Assembly (NCBI RefSeq): GCF_000010625.1
Contig: NC_010296.1
Coordinates: 5,250,001-5,282,000, forward strand
Direction of reading: 5' to 3'
Source: Microcystis aeruginosa NIES-843
GTDB taxonomy: Bacteria > Cyanobacteriota > Cyanobacteriia > Cyanobacteriales > Microcystaceae
DNA: 32,000 bases
How positions within the stretch are numbered: the first letter of the stretch is position 1; each line of letters begins with the position of its first letter. Below are positions 1 to 7,418 of the stretch, piece after piece. A model generated the notes under the pieces. That model was not told where the DNA came from, searched no databases, and saw nothing but the letters and a program-made list of their open reading frames with translations. The translations under genes were made by a program, and so were the position numbers.

Positions 1-655
1 AACTTGGGGAGAAAAATTAGCCCGCCAGTCTAGTTATCTAATTATCGGCGAGTGCGTGGTCGGCGGCACCACCACCGCCCTCGCCATCCTCACCGGATTG
101 GGTTATCGAGCCAACGGCAAAGTTAACAGCAGCCATCCCCAGTGCAATCATGCTCAGAAACAGTCAATAGTTGAGCAGGGATTAGCCCGAAAAGAAATTT
201 TTGATCCTTTTGAGGTAATCGCCGCCCTAGGCGATCCTCAGCAGATTTTCGTCGCTGGCATGGCCATCGCCGCCAGTGGGCAGGGTGGGGTACTCCTCGC
301 CGGAGGAACCCAAATGTTAGCCGTTTCTGCCCTAATTCAAGCTCTAGTGGCTAAATATGCCTATCCGGTTAACTGGGAAAATATCATCGTCGGCACAACT
401 CGCTGGGTAGCGGAAGATAAAACGGGGGATACGGTGGGATTAGCCCGCATGATCGGAAAATTGCCTTTATTAGCCACACAATTAGACTTTTCTGCCTCTA
501 AATACCCGGTTTTGCAAGCTTATCAACAGGGTTTTGTCAAAGAGGGAGTGGGTGCGGGGGGATGTGCGATCGCCGCTTGTTTGTACCGGAATTGGACTAA
601 TCAAGATTTGGTCAAAGCGATCGAAAATTTAATCGGGTTTCAACTAAACTGTTGA
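1..655 (+). CDS. C-terminal part of a CobT-like / UPF0284-type nicotinate-nucleotide--dimethylbenzimidazole phosphoribosyltransferase family protein; 5' end outside the window
   Basis: Frame 2 is open from base 2 (TWGEKLARQSSYLIIGECVVGGTTTALA...), so the GTG at 56 is not the real start. The GECVVGGTTTA and GVGAGGCAIA motifs are typical of this family. Stop at 653-655. Confidence 0.6.
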   Translation, partial: TWGEKLARQSSYLIIGECVVGGTTTALAILTGLGYRANGKVNSSHPQCNHAQKQSIVEQGLARKEIFDPFEVIAALGDPQQIFVAGMAIAASGQGGVLLAGGTQMLAVSALIQALVAKYAYPVNWENIIVGTTRWVAEDKTGDTVGLARMIGKLPLLATQLDFSASKYPVLQAYQQGFVKEGVGAGGCAIAACLYRNWTNQDLVKAIENLIGFQLNC

Positions 656-660
656 CTATC

Positions 661-858
661 TAGGGTTTGCGGCAAAAAGTTTTTCCAGGGGGCAGGGTGT
701 AGGGTTTTACCGATTTTCAGGTGGTCAATTACCTAATTTTCAGGGAAAAAGTCCAGGGATTTTCCCCCTGATCACTCCCATGCCAGCCACTTTGGGATTT
801 CAAAAAGGTCTAAAAGTCTTATCCAACAAGGTTTTTAGATTTATTCAGCCAACCCTAA
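661..858. mobile_element. MITE-like dispersed repeat, copy A (~198 bp), termini TAGGGTTT...AACCCTAA
   Basis: Aligns over its full length with 24373-24591. Has terminal inverted repeats and an internal hairpin at 810-838. No ORF. Sits between two convergent genes. Confidence 0.7.
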
Positions 859-901
859 ATACGCGGGCAGCTTATGAGAGAAAATAGTGACCAGCAGATT
901 T

Positions 902-1888
902 CTAGTCAATAATTAGGGCTATTTTCCCCGTCACCGAACCAGTTTCTAGCAGTTGATGGGCGCTGATAGCTGCCGCTAAAGGGAAGGTTTGGGAGAGATG
1001 AATAGTTAACTTTTTCTCGTCAATTAAACGCGCCCCTTGTCTGAGAATTTCTGTTTGATATTTTTGCGCTTCTGGCAGTCCCATCAAAGCCGGGGTTAAC
1101 ATTAATTCTAAACTAATCCGCAAATTGCGATCGCGCGCTTCCTTCCAGCTGCCCGTAGGTTCCAAAATCGTCACCATATCGCCGTACACTCGCACCGCTC
1201 GGCAAGTTTGGCCAAAAGTTTCCCCTCCCACCGTATCAAAAGCGACATCTACTCCTTTCCCTGCGGTTTGTTGAAGTATCGCCGAGACAAAATCGGTTTG
1301 TTTGTATAAAATCGGGTAATCTGCCCCTAATTGCCGCACTAAACGCTCTTTATCGCTATTTCCCACCGTCGTATAAACTTTAGCCCCCTTCAGTTTCGCC
1401 AATTGAATCGCGACATGACCAACACCCCCGGCCCCGCCATGGATAAGTACGCTTTGTCCCGACTGAAGACGGGCGCGATCATAGAGTGCTTCCCAAGCGG
1501 TGATTAAAACTAAAGGTACAGCGGCCGCCTCGGCAAAAGAAAGAGATTTCGGCTTGTGGGCTAGATAATCCGCCTCGATCAGGGCATATTCGGCATAATT
1601 TCCCGTGCCGGCCTTGCCCAGTCCGCCGTTACAAAAGTACACTTCATCCCCGGGGCGAAAATCCTGCACCGCCGCCCCAACGGCCTCGACAATTCCCGCC
1701 CCGTCACAGCCCAAAATGGCCGGCATTTGCTCGGGGTAAAAAGTGCCGCGTTTACGAATTTTTGTATCAATAGGGTTGACACCAGCGGCTTTTAATGCTA
1801 ATAAAACCTGATGCGGTTGACTAATTTTCGGGGTGGGGACTTCCTGAAGCTGTAGGACATCCACGGCGGTCATGAGGATAGCTTTCAT
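902..1888 (-). CDS. Zinc-type alcohol dehydrogenase superfamily (MDR) NADPH:quinone oxidoreductase-like protein
   Basis: 328-aa ORF with an MDR fold pattern: GVNPID, GxDxAGxV, and the GGAGGVG nucleotide-binding motif (LIHGGAGGVGHVAIQLAK). Confidence 0.8.
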   Translation of the reverse strand: MKAILMTAVDVLQLQEVPTPKISQPHQVLLALKAAGVNPIDTKIRKRGTFYPEQMPAILGCDGAGIVEAVGAAVQDFRPGDEVYFCNGGLGKAGTGNYAEYALIEADYLAHKPKSLSFAEAAAVPLVLITAWEALYDRARLQSGQSVLIHGGAGGVGHVAIQLAKLKGAKVYTTVGNSDKERLVRQLGADYPILYKQTDFVSAILQQTAGKGVDVAFDTVGGETFGQTCRAVRVYGDMVTILEPTGSWKEARDRNLRISLELMLTPALMGLPEAQKYQTEILRQGARLIDEKKLTIHLSQTFPLAAAISAHQLLETGSVTGKIALIID

Positions 1889-1893
1889 TCTAT

Positions 1894-2409
1894 CTATTCG
1901 GGATTAACCCACATTAATGTCTGACCGAATTCTACCGGTTCACCGTTAGCGACGGCGATTTCGACGATTTGCCCGGCCACCTCCGCTTCGATTTCATTCA
2001 TCAACTTCATCGCTTCGATGATACAGACCGTTTGTCCGACACGGATCCGATCGTTTTTTTCCACGAAAGAGGGTTCATCGGGAGCAGCAGCGCGATAAAA
2101 AGTGCCGACCATGGGAGAGGTAATCGCCAGCCATTTTTTATCCATAGCGGCGGCCACGGGTTCGGCAGTGGGGGTTTCTGGGACCGGGGTGGGACCTGCG
2201 GCTACCACTGGAGCGGCGACCGGGGCAGTCACCACCGGCAAGGGAGCGGCGAGAGGCCCAAGGGCAGTATTAACGGTTCCTTTGCGGATATTTAGCTCTA
2301 AATCTGCACTTTTCAGGCTAAATTCACTGATATCCGTTGCTGCCAATGTTTTGATCAGTTCTCGAATTTCGTTGTAATCAATAGTCACCGCTCTGAAATC
2401 CCCTCGCAA
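1894..2409 (-). CDS. accB: Acetyl-CoA carboxylase biotin carboxyl carrier protein
   Basis: Biotinylation motif EAMKLMNEIEAE, Ala/Pro-rich linker, and position downstream of efp. The ORF-track start at 2409 is TTG. A GTG at 2388 (VTIDYNEIRELI, GAGGGG 11 nt upstream) is an equally plausible start. Confidence 0.9.
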   Translation of the reverse strand: MRGDFRAVTIDYNEIRELIKTLAATDISEFSLKSADLELNIRKGTVNTALGPLAAPLPVVTAPVAAPVVAAGPTPVPETPTAEPVAAAMDKKWLAITSPMVGTFYRAAAPDEPSFVEKNDRIRVGQTVCIIEAMKLMNEIEAEVAGQIVEIAVANGEPVEFGQTLMWVNPE

Positions 2410-2554
2410 ATAAAAAGCAACAAATCCAAATTCGCACCCACCAAACTATCGATTTTTCCCATCTAGCGGCTAAGTTTTGGGAAACAGGCTCAGAAACACT
2501 GGCTTTAGTCCTAAACCCGTCCCTAAGCCCTCATTTCTGGGCTTCTCATCACAA

Positions 2555-3112
2555 TTATTCCCGTCCCAGATAGGAACCATCCCGGGTGTCCACTTTGATC
2601 CTTTCACCGATAGAAATAAACAGGGGAACCATCACCTGCGCTCCCGTTTCTACGATCGCCGGTTTCGTGCCACCGGTGGCCGTATCTCCCTTGACTCCTG
2701 GATCCGTATCGGTGATTTCCAAGATTACCGAAGTGGGCAATTCTATGTCTAACACTTGATCATTCCAAAAGAGAATATTGACTTCCATTCCTTCTTTCAG
2801 ATACTTGGCTCGATCGCCCATTTGTACCGGGGTGAGAGTTGCTTCCTCAAAAGTCTCCATGTCCATGAAGACAAACTGATCGCCTTCTTTGTAGGTGTGC
2901 TGCATGGTGCGCTTTTCGATCGTGGCTGAGGGCAAGGTTTCCCCCGCCCGGAACGTCCGTTCTACCACGTTGCCGGTCTGAACATTTTTTAACTTGGTTC
3001 GCACGAAGGCCGATCCCTTGCCCGGTTTAACGTGCAGGAATTCCACCACCCGCCAGACAGAGCCATCTATCTCGATGGTCGTGCCACTCCGAAAGTCGTT
3101 ACTCGAAATCAT
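2555..3112 (-). CDS. efp: Translation elongation factor P
   Basis: [17 protein letters not shown]...[16 protein letters not shown] is a canonical EF-P N-terminus. The upstream 37 codons of the ORF (to 3223) are an artefactual extension. 185 aa from the ATG at 3112. Confidence 0.95.
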   Translation of the reverse strand: MISSNDFRSGTTIEIDGSVWRVVEFLHVKPGKGSAFVRTKLKNVQTGNVVERTFRAGETLPSATIEKRTMQHTYKEGDQFVFMDMETFEEATLTPVQMGDRAKYLKEGMEVNILFWNDQVLDIELPTSVILEITDTDPGVKGDTATGGTKPAIVETGAQVMVPLFISIGERIKVDTRDGSYLGRE

Positions 3113-3335
3113 GAAATGCTGTTTAGGCCAAGAAAGATCAACATTCCATTTTACATACTTCCTGTACCCGAAAAAACTTTTTTCCCGTCCGTACAGGTAA
3201 GGGGGAGGTGGGAGGTGGGGCAAGCAAGGGACAAAAGCTAATCACTTAAGTACCTAATAGCATTTTTCACCCTGAAACCTCGATTTTTAGTACAATATTA
3301 CTGCAATACTAAAAGCAGTGAACAAATAAACAGCG

Positions 3336-4823
3336 ATGATCACCGGCGAATTAAAATCCAAAATAGATAAACTTTGGACAACCTTCTGGAATAACGGCAT
3401 TAGTAACCCGCTTTCGGTAATCGAGCAGATTTCCTATTTACTCTTCATCAAGCGCCTAGATGACCTAGAACTGGCTAAGGAGCGTAGGGCCCAACGATTA
3501 GGCGAAAATCTCGAAAATCCCACCTTTACCCCCAGCCAACAGCATATCCGTTGGTCCCGCTTCAAAAATATCGATGATGCCGAGACAATGCTCCAGATTG
3601 TCCGGGATGAAGCGTTTCCCTTTATCAAAGATATGGGACAGTTTTCTAGGGGTAGCACCTACGCTAAACACATGAAGGACGCGGTGTTTCTCATCGCGTC
3701 TCCGGCGCTGCTGGGGACAGTAATCGAGCAAATTGAAAAAATCCCCATGGAGGATCGGGACACCAAAGGCGACCTTTACGAGTATATGCTCTCGAAACTG
3801 AGTACAGCCGGGACTAACGGACAGTTTCGCACGCCGCGCCATATTATCAAAATGATGGTGGAGTTATTAGCGCCGGGACCCCGGGAAGTTATCTGTGATC
3901 CGGCCTGTGGCACAGGAGGCTTTTTAGTAGCGGCTGCCGAGTATGTGCGGGAGTTAAAGGACAGCGAGGGGGGACGTTTGCTCCATGAACGCGGCAACCT
4001 AGAGCATTTCAATAACCAAATGTTCCACGGTTTTGATTTCGATGCCACGATGTTACGCATCGGCAGCATGAACCTGATGTTACACGGTATCGAGCAGCCG
4101 ATTATCGAGGCCCGGGATTCCCTATCGGAGGATCACGCCGGGGTAGAGGATAGTTTTACCATGATTCTGGCTAATCCACCGTTTAAGGGTTCGGTGGAGA
4201 AGTCCACTATTGCCAAGGATTTATCGAAAATCATCGACACCACTAAAACCGAGTTATTATTCATGGCCCTGTTTTTGCGCTTGCTGAAGACGGGGGGAAA
4301 AGGTGCGGTAATTGTGCCGGATGGGGTGCTATTTGGCTCGTCCAAGGCCCATAAGGACATCCGCACCATCTTGGTAGAAGAACATAAGCTAGAGGGGGTG
4401 ATATCGATGCCGTCGGGGGTGTTTAAACCTTACGCGGGGGTATCTACCGCAATCCTGATTTTTACGAAGCTGGGGGTAAGGGAAAAGGGGACTGACTTCG
4501 TTTGGTTTTATGACATGGTGGCGGATGGTTTCTCTCTCGATGATAAGCGCCAACCGATTGCCGATAATGATATCCCGGACTTGCTGCGCTGTTGGCAGCA
4601 ACGCGACTCCGCTAAGGATACCAACCGCCAAGGGAAGGCGTTTTTTGTGCCTCGCGAGGAGATTCAGGCCAATGCTTATGATCTATCAATTAACCGCTAT
4701 AAGGAGATAGAGTACGAGGAAGTGAGCTATGAGCCGCCGAAGGTGATTTTACAGAAGTTAAGGGCTTTAGAGGCTGATATTCGTCAGGATTTGGACGCAT
4801 TAGAGGAGATGTTAGGAGATTAG
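3336..4823 (+). CDS. hsdM: Type I restriction-modification system methyltransferase subunit (N6-adenine)
   Basis: HsdM_N-like N-terminus, AdoMet motif DPACGTGGF, catalytic motif ILANPPFKG. Followed by hsdS and hsdR on the same strand. Confidence 0.95.
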   Translation: MITGELKSKIDKLWTTFWNNGISNPLSVIEQISYLLFIKRLDDLELAKERRAQRLGENLENPTFTPSQQHIRWSRFKNIDDAETMLQIVRDEAFPFIKDMGQFSRGSTYAKHMKDAVFLIASPALLGTVIEQIEKIPMEDRDTKGDLYEYMLSKLSTAGTNGQFRTPRHIIKMMVELLAPGPREVICDPACGTGGFLVAAAEYVRELKDSEGGRLLHERGNLEHFNNQMFHGFDFDATMLRIGSMNLMLHGIEQPIIEARDSLSEDHAGVEDSFTMILANPPFKGSVEKSTIAKDLSKIIDTTKTELLFMALFLRLLKTGGKGAVIVPDGVLFGSSKAHKDIRTILVEEHKLEGVISMPSGVFKPYAGVSTAILIFTKLGVREKGTDFVWFYDMVADGFSLDDKRQPIADNDIPDLLRCWQQRDSAKDTNRQGKAFFVPREEIQANAYDLSINRYKEIEYEEVSYEPPKVILQKLRALEADIRQDLDALEEMLGD

Positions 4824-4826
4824 GAG

Positions 4827-5150
4827 ATGAAAAATCTACAGCTAGAGGTTATTCTGCGGGAGATAAAAGATTATTTCCATCTGCTCTATCAAAACCAATT
4901 ACAGAAAATCGTCCTTTACGGTTCCCAAGCACGGGAAGATGGACGGGAAGATTCTGATATCGATCTTTTGGTCATTCTTTCTGGTGTGGTGGATCCTTAT
5001 CAGGAAATTGACCGCACGAGTGAATTTATCGCTAGGCTTTGCCTTGATTATAATGTGGTTGTTTCCCGTCATTTTATCTCTGCGGCAAAGTTCCAGAGCG
5101 GAGATAATCCATTTCTTGACAATATACGGCGCGAAGGGGTTACGCTATGA
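4827..5150 (+). CDS. Nucleotidyltransferase-domain protein (MNT-type, antitoxin-like), no intact HEPN partner
   Basis: GSQAREDGREDSDIDLLV matches the minimal nucleotidyltransferase GS...D.D motif. Starts 3 nt after the hsdM stop. Its stop overlaps (ATGA) only a 21-codon ORF (5147-5212). Confidence 0.8.
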   Translation: MKNLQLEVILREIKDYFHLLYQNQLQKIVLYGSQAREDGREDSDIDLLVILSGVVDPYQEIDRTSEFIARLCLDYNVVVSRHFISAAKFQSGDNPFLDNIRREGVTL

Positions 5151-5177
5151 GCGATGATTGCATTGGTAGTTTTGCTC

Positions 5178-5230
5178 AACCGAAAGGATATTTGATTTAT
5201 GCTGAGAAATAAGATTTGTCGGCATTTAGA
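5178..5230 (+). repeat. Junction repeat R1 (AACCGAAAGGATATTTGATTTATG.TGA.AAATAAGATTTGTCGGCATTTAGA)
   Basis: Same unit recurs at 5373-5440, 5578-5621 (internally deleted) and 5937-6014. Its right half resembles the last ~30 nt of hsdM (4787-4815). Confidence 0.85.
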
Positions 5231-5242
5231 TTCCAAGAGAGT

Positions 5243-5269
5243 GGTGGGTTACGCTATCGCTAACCCACC
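5243..5269. repeat. Short palindromic repeat GGTGGGTTA-N9-TAACCCACC
   Basis: 9-bp perfect inverted arms. Related GGGTTA/TAACCC hairpins occur at 5301-5362, 5506-5567 and 30806-30870. Confidence 0.7.
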
Positions 5270-5282
5270 CTACCCATTGAAG

Positions 5283-5370
5283 GGAGAAGAGTTCATAGTA
5301 GGGTGGGTTAGACGGCAACAATCTAGGCGTTAAAGTCAATCTAACAATCCGTCGTAACCCACCGCTTTAG
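5283..5370. mobile_element. 88-bp MITE-like element, copy 1 (GAGAAGAGTTCATAGTAGGGTGGGTTAGACGG...CCGTCGTAACCCACCGCTTTAG)
   Basis: Identical by eye to 5488-5575. Long internal inverted repeat GGTGGGTTAGACGG / CCGTCGTAACCCACC. Confidence 0.8.
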
Positions 5371-5372
5371 TC

Positions 5373-5440
5373 CACCGAAAGGATATTTGATTTATGTTTG
5401 AAAATAAGATTTGTCGGCATTTAGAGGGGATGTGATGACT
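5373..5440 (+). repeat. Junction repeat R2, ending in GATGTGATGACT (first two codons of an MNT2-like gene, then broken by repeats)
   Basis: Matches R1 over ~53 nt. Matches the R3/MNT2 start (5591-5621) up to ATGACT, after which the similarity stops. Confidence 0.85.
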
Positions 5441-5487
5441 AGAATAGAAGCGCCATTCGATCCCCCCCAACCCCCCTTAAAAAGGGG

Positions 5488-5575
5488 GGAGAAGAGTTCA
5501 TAGTAGGGTGGGTTAGACGGCAACAATCTAGGCGTTAAAGTCAATCTAACAATCCGTCGTAACCCACCGCTTTAG
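5488..5575. mobile_element. 88-bp MITE-like element, copy 2
   Basis: Identical by eye to 5283-5370. Preceded by the hairpin CCCCCCTTAAAAAGGGGGG (5471-5489). Confidence 0.8.
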
Positions 5576-5577
5576 TT

Positions 5578-5621
5578 AACCGAAAGGATGTTTGTCGGTA
5601 TTTAGAGAGGATGTGATGACT
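5578..5621 (+). repeat. Junction repeat R3 (short form) leading into the MNT2 start codon
   Basis: AACCGAAAGGATG-TTTGTCGGTATTTAGAGAGGATGTGATGACT. Lacks the central ~26 nt of R1/R2. Confidence 0.8.
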
Positions 5622-5927
5622 GTAACGACAAAGCAACAGGTAATTAGTCTGCTAGAGCAAAATCAAGCCGAATTACGGCGATTGGGAGTTAGTCGCTGTG
5701 GTTTGTTCGGATCTTTTCGGACAGAGCAGACGACAGAGAAGAGCGATGTGGATATTTTGGTGGTGTTTCAACCCGGGATGAAGACATTTAATAATTTTAT
5801 GGATTTATGTTTCTTTTTGGAGGACTTGTTTGATCGGAGTGTGGATCTGGTTACACCTGAGTCGTTGAGTCCTTTTTTTGGACAACGAATTCTCGATGAG
5901 GTGGAATATGTCCCCTGTAGTTCGTGA
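5616..5927 (+). CDS. Nucleotidyltransferase-domain protein (second MNT-type gene, a different subfamily from 4827-5150), no HEPN/DUF86 partner
   Basis: GLFGSFRTEQTTEKSDVDILVVF plus VDLVTPESL. ATG at 5616 with GAGAGG upstream; the ORF-track start at 5592 is TTG. No partner ORF follows before hsdS. Confidence 0.8.
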   Translation: MTVTTKQQVISLLEQNQAELRRLGVSRCGLFGSFRTEQTTEKSDVDILVVFQPGMKTFNNFMDLCFFLEDLFDRSVDLVTPESLSPFFGQRILDEVEYVPCSS

Positions 5928-5936
5928 GTTTTAGTC

Positions 5937-6014
5937 AACCGAAAGGATGTTTGATTTATGTTTGAAAATAAGATTGATCTGGTTTTACGCGCGTTAAAGG
6001 AGATGTTGGGATGA
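5937..6014 (+). repeat. Junction repeat R4 plus an hsdM-3'-end-like relic that overlaps the hsdS start
   Basis: Left part matches R1/R2. The 18-codon ORF 5958-6014 (MFENKIDLVLRALKEMLG*) resembles the HsdM C-terminus (...DLDALEEMLGD*). It ends in an ATGA overlap with the hsdS ATG at 6011. Confidence 0.7.
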
Positions 6015-7198
6015 AGGATTGGCCATCTGTCGCACTAGGCGATATTTTTGAAATTGCTCGTGGTGGTTCGCCAAGACCGATTCAGAATTTTCTGACAGAA
6101 GAACCTGACGGTGTAAACTGGGTAATGATTGGTGATGCTTCGGATAGTTCAAAATACATTACACACACTAAAAAGCGCATTTTGAAGACTGGTGTTAAGA
6201 ATTCACGCATGGTCTATCCGGGTGATTTTTTACTTACGAATTCCATGAGCTTTGGCCACCCTTATATCATGAAAACATCTGGTTGTATTCATGATGGATG
6301 GCTTGTTTTAAGTAATAAAAAAGGTGTTATTGATCAAGATTATTTTTATCATCTACTAGGTTCTGATCTAATATATGCAGAGTTTTCCCGTCTTGCTTCT
6401 GGTTCAACTGTAAAGAACTTAAATATTGAGATAGTTAAAGGGATTAAGGTATCGCTCCCACCCCTCGAAGAACAGCGAAGAATTGCGGCAATTTTAGATA
6501 AAGCAGATGGGGTGCGACGCAAGCGCAAAGAGGCGATTCGGTTGACTGAGGAGTTGTTAAAATCGACTTTCCTAGAGATGTTCGGTGATCCTGTTACTAA
6601 TCCGAAAGGGTGGGAGGTGAAGCGTCTCGGTGAAATATGTACAAATTTTCAAAACGGAATAGGAAAAAATAGTGAACACTATGGTCATGGCTCTAAGGTT
6701 GCAAACATATCTGACTTGTACGAATGGCATCGTTTCATTCCAGAAAAGTATTCACTTCTCGACGTAACTCCAAAAGAGATTGAAAAATATAGTCTCATGA
6801 GAGGAGATCTGCTATTTGTACGTTCTTCAGTAAAGCGTGAAGGGGTTGCTGTATGTTCTGTTTATGATTCTGATGAGATTTGCCTTTTCAGTTCATTTAT
6901 GATCCGAGTCAGGCCGAGGACAGACCTGATTAATCCAGAGTTTTTATCTTTAATGCTTAGAACTCCACCGATGAGAAATAGACTGATTTTAGGTTCTAAC
7001 ACATCTACAATCACTAATATTTCACAGCCAGGATTATCCAAAATTGAGGTCGTTGTTCCTCCTATCAAGACACAAAATCTAATTACAAAAGTTACGAAAA
7101 ATATCGAAGAATCTGTTCGGTGTCATCTTCAGGCGCTTGAACAATCCGAAAATCTCTTTAATTCCCTTTTACAAAGAGCATTTAGGGGGGAACTGTAG
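6011..7198 (+). CDS. hsdS: Type I restriction-modification specificity subunit
   Basis: Two variable target-recognition halves separated by a conserved central helix (LPPLEEQRRIAAILDKADGVRRKRKEAIRLTEELLKSTFLEMFGDP). Conserved C-terminal helix (LFNSLLQRAFRGEL). Confidence 0.9.
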   Translation: MKDWPSVALGDIFEIARGGSPRPIQNFLTEEPDGVNWVMIGDASDSSKYITHTKKRILKTGVKNSRMVYPGDFLLTNSMSFGHPYIMKTSGCIHDGWLVLSNKKGVIDQDYFYHLLGSDLIYAEFSRLASGSTVKNLNIEIVKGIKVSLPPLEEQRRIAAILDKADGVRRKRKEAIRLTEELLKSTFLEMFGDPVTNPKGWEVKRLGEICTNFQNGIGKNSEHYGHGSKVANISDLYEWHRFIPEKYSLLDVTPKEIEKYSLMRGDLLFVRSSVKREGVAVCSVYDSDEICLFSSFMIRVRPRTDLINPEFLSLMLRTPPMRNRLILGSNTSTITNISQPGLSKIEVVVPPIKTQNLITKVTKNIEESVRCHLQALEQSENLFNSLLQRAFRGEL

Positions 7199-7418
7199 CC
7201 ATGGCAGCCGGCGGATTACTGCCATAATCTTGTGGGAAATGCCATTAAAAAAGACCGTTGGACAATTAACCAAGATTCCTATCATCTCACACTGTCACGC
7301 GGGAAAACCCTAGATAAAATAACCGAACTTGCTGTTTTTTTATATAACTGTTAAACAATAATCAGGTAAAATATAGAGATAGCCAAAACTTTGGGGATAA
7401 TAGACTGGGGAGCGCAAT

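Noticed and set aside
2555-3223. N-terminal extensions of ORFs in the track (efp to 3223, lipid kinase from 17474, response regulator from 24599, clpP to 26558, DUF1622 to 25875)
   Set aside because: The extensions start at TTG or GTG, run through repeats or intergenic sequence, and precede canonical family N-termini that begin at internal ATGs.
5147-5212. 21-codon ORF (MSDDCIGSFAQPKGYLIYAEK*) overlapping the MNT1 stop by ATGA, considered as a feature (truncated HEPN gene)
   Set aside because: It is too short and carries no HEPN Rx4-6H motif. I mention it only as context in the cassette finding, not as an annotated pseudogene.
7199-7418. Possible internal promoter (TTAAAC ... TAAAAT/TATAGA) and hairpin (ATGGCAG-N11-CTGCCAT) between hsdS and hsdR
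   Set aside because: Spacing between the candidate -35 and -10 elements is off (10-15 nt). The hairpin lacks a U-tract. Neither can be supported without transcript data.
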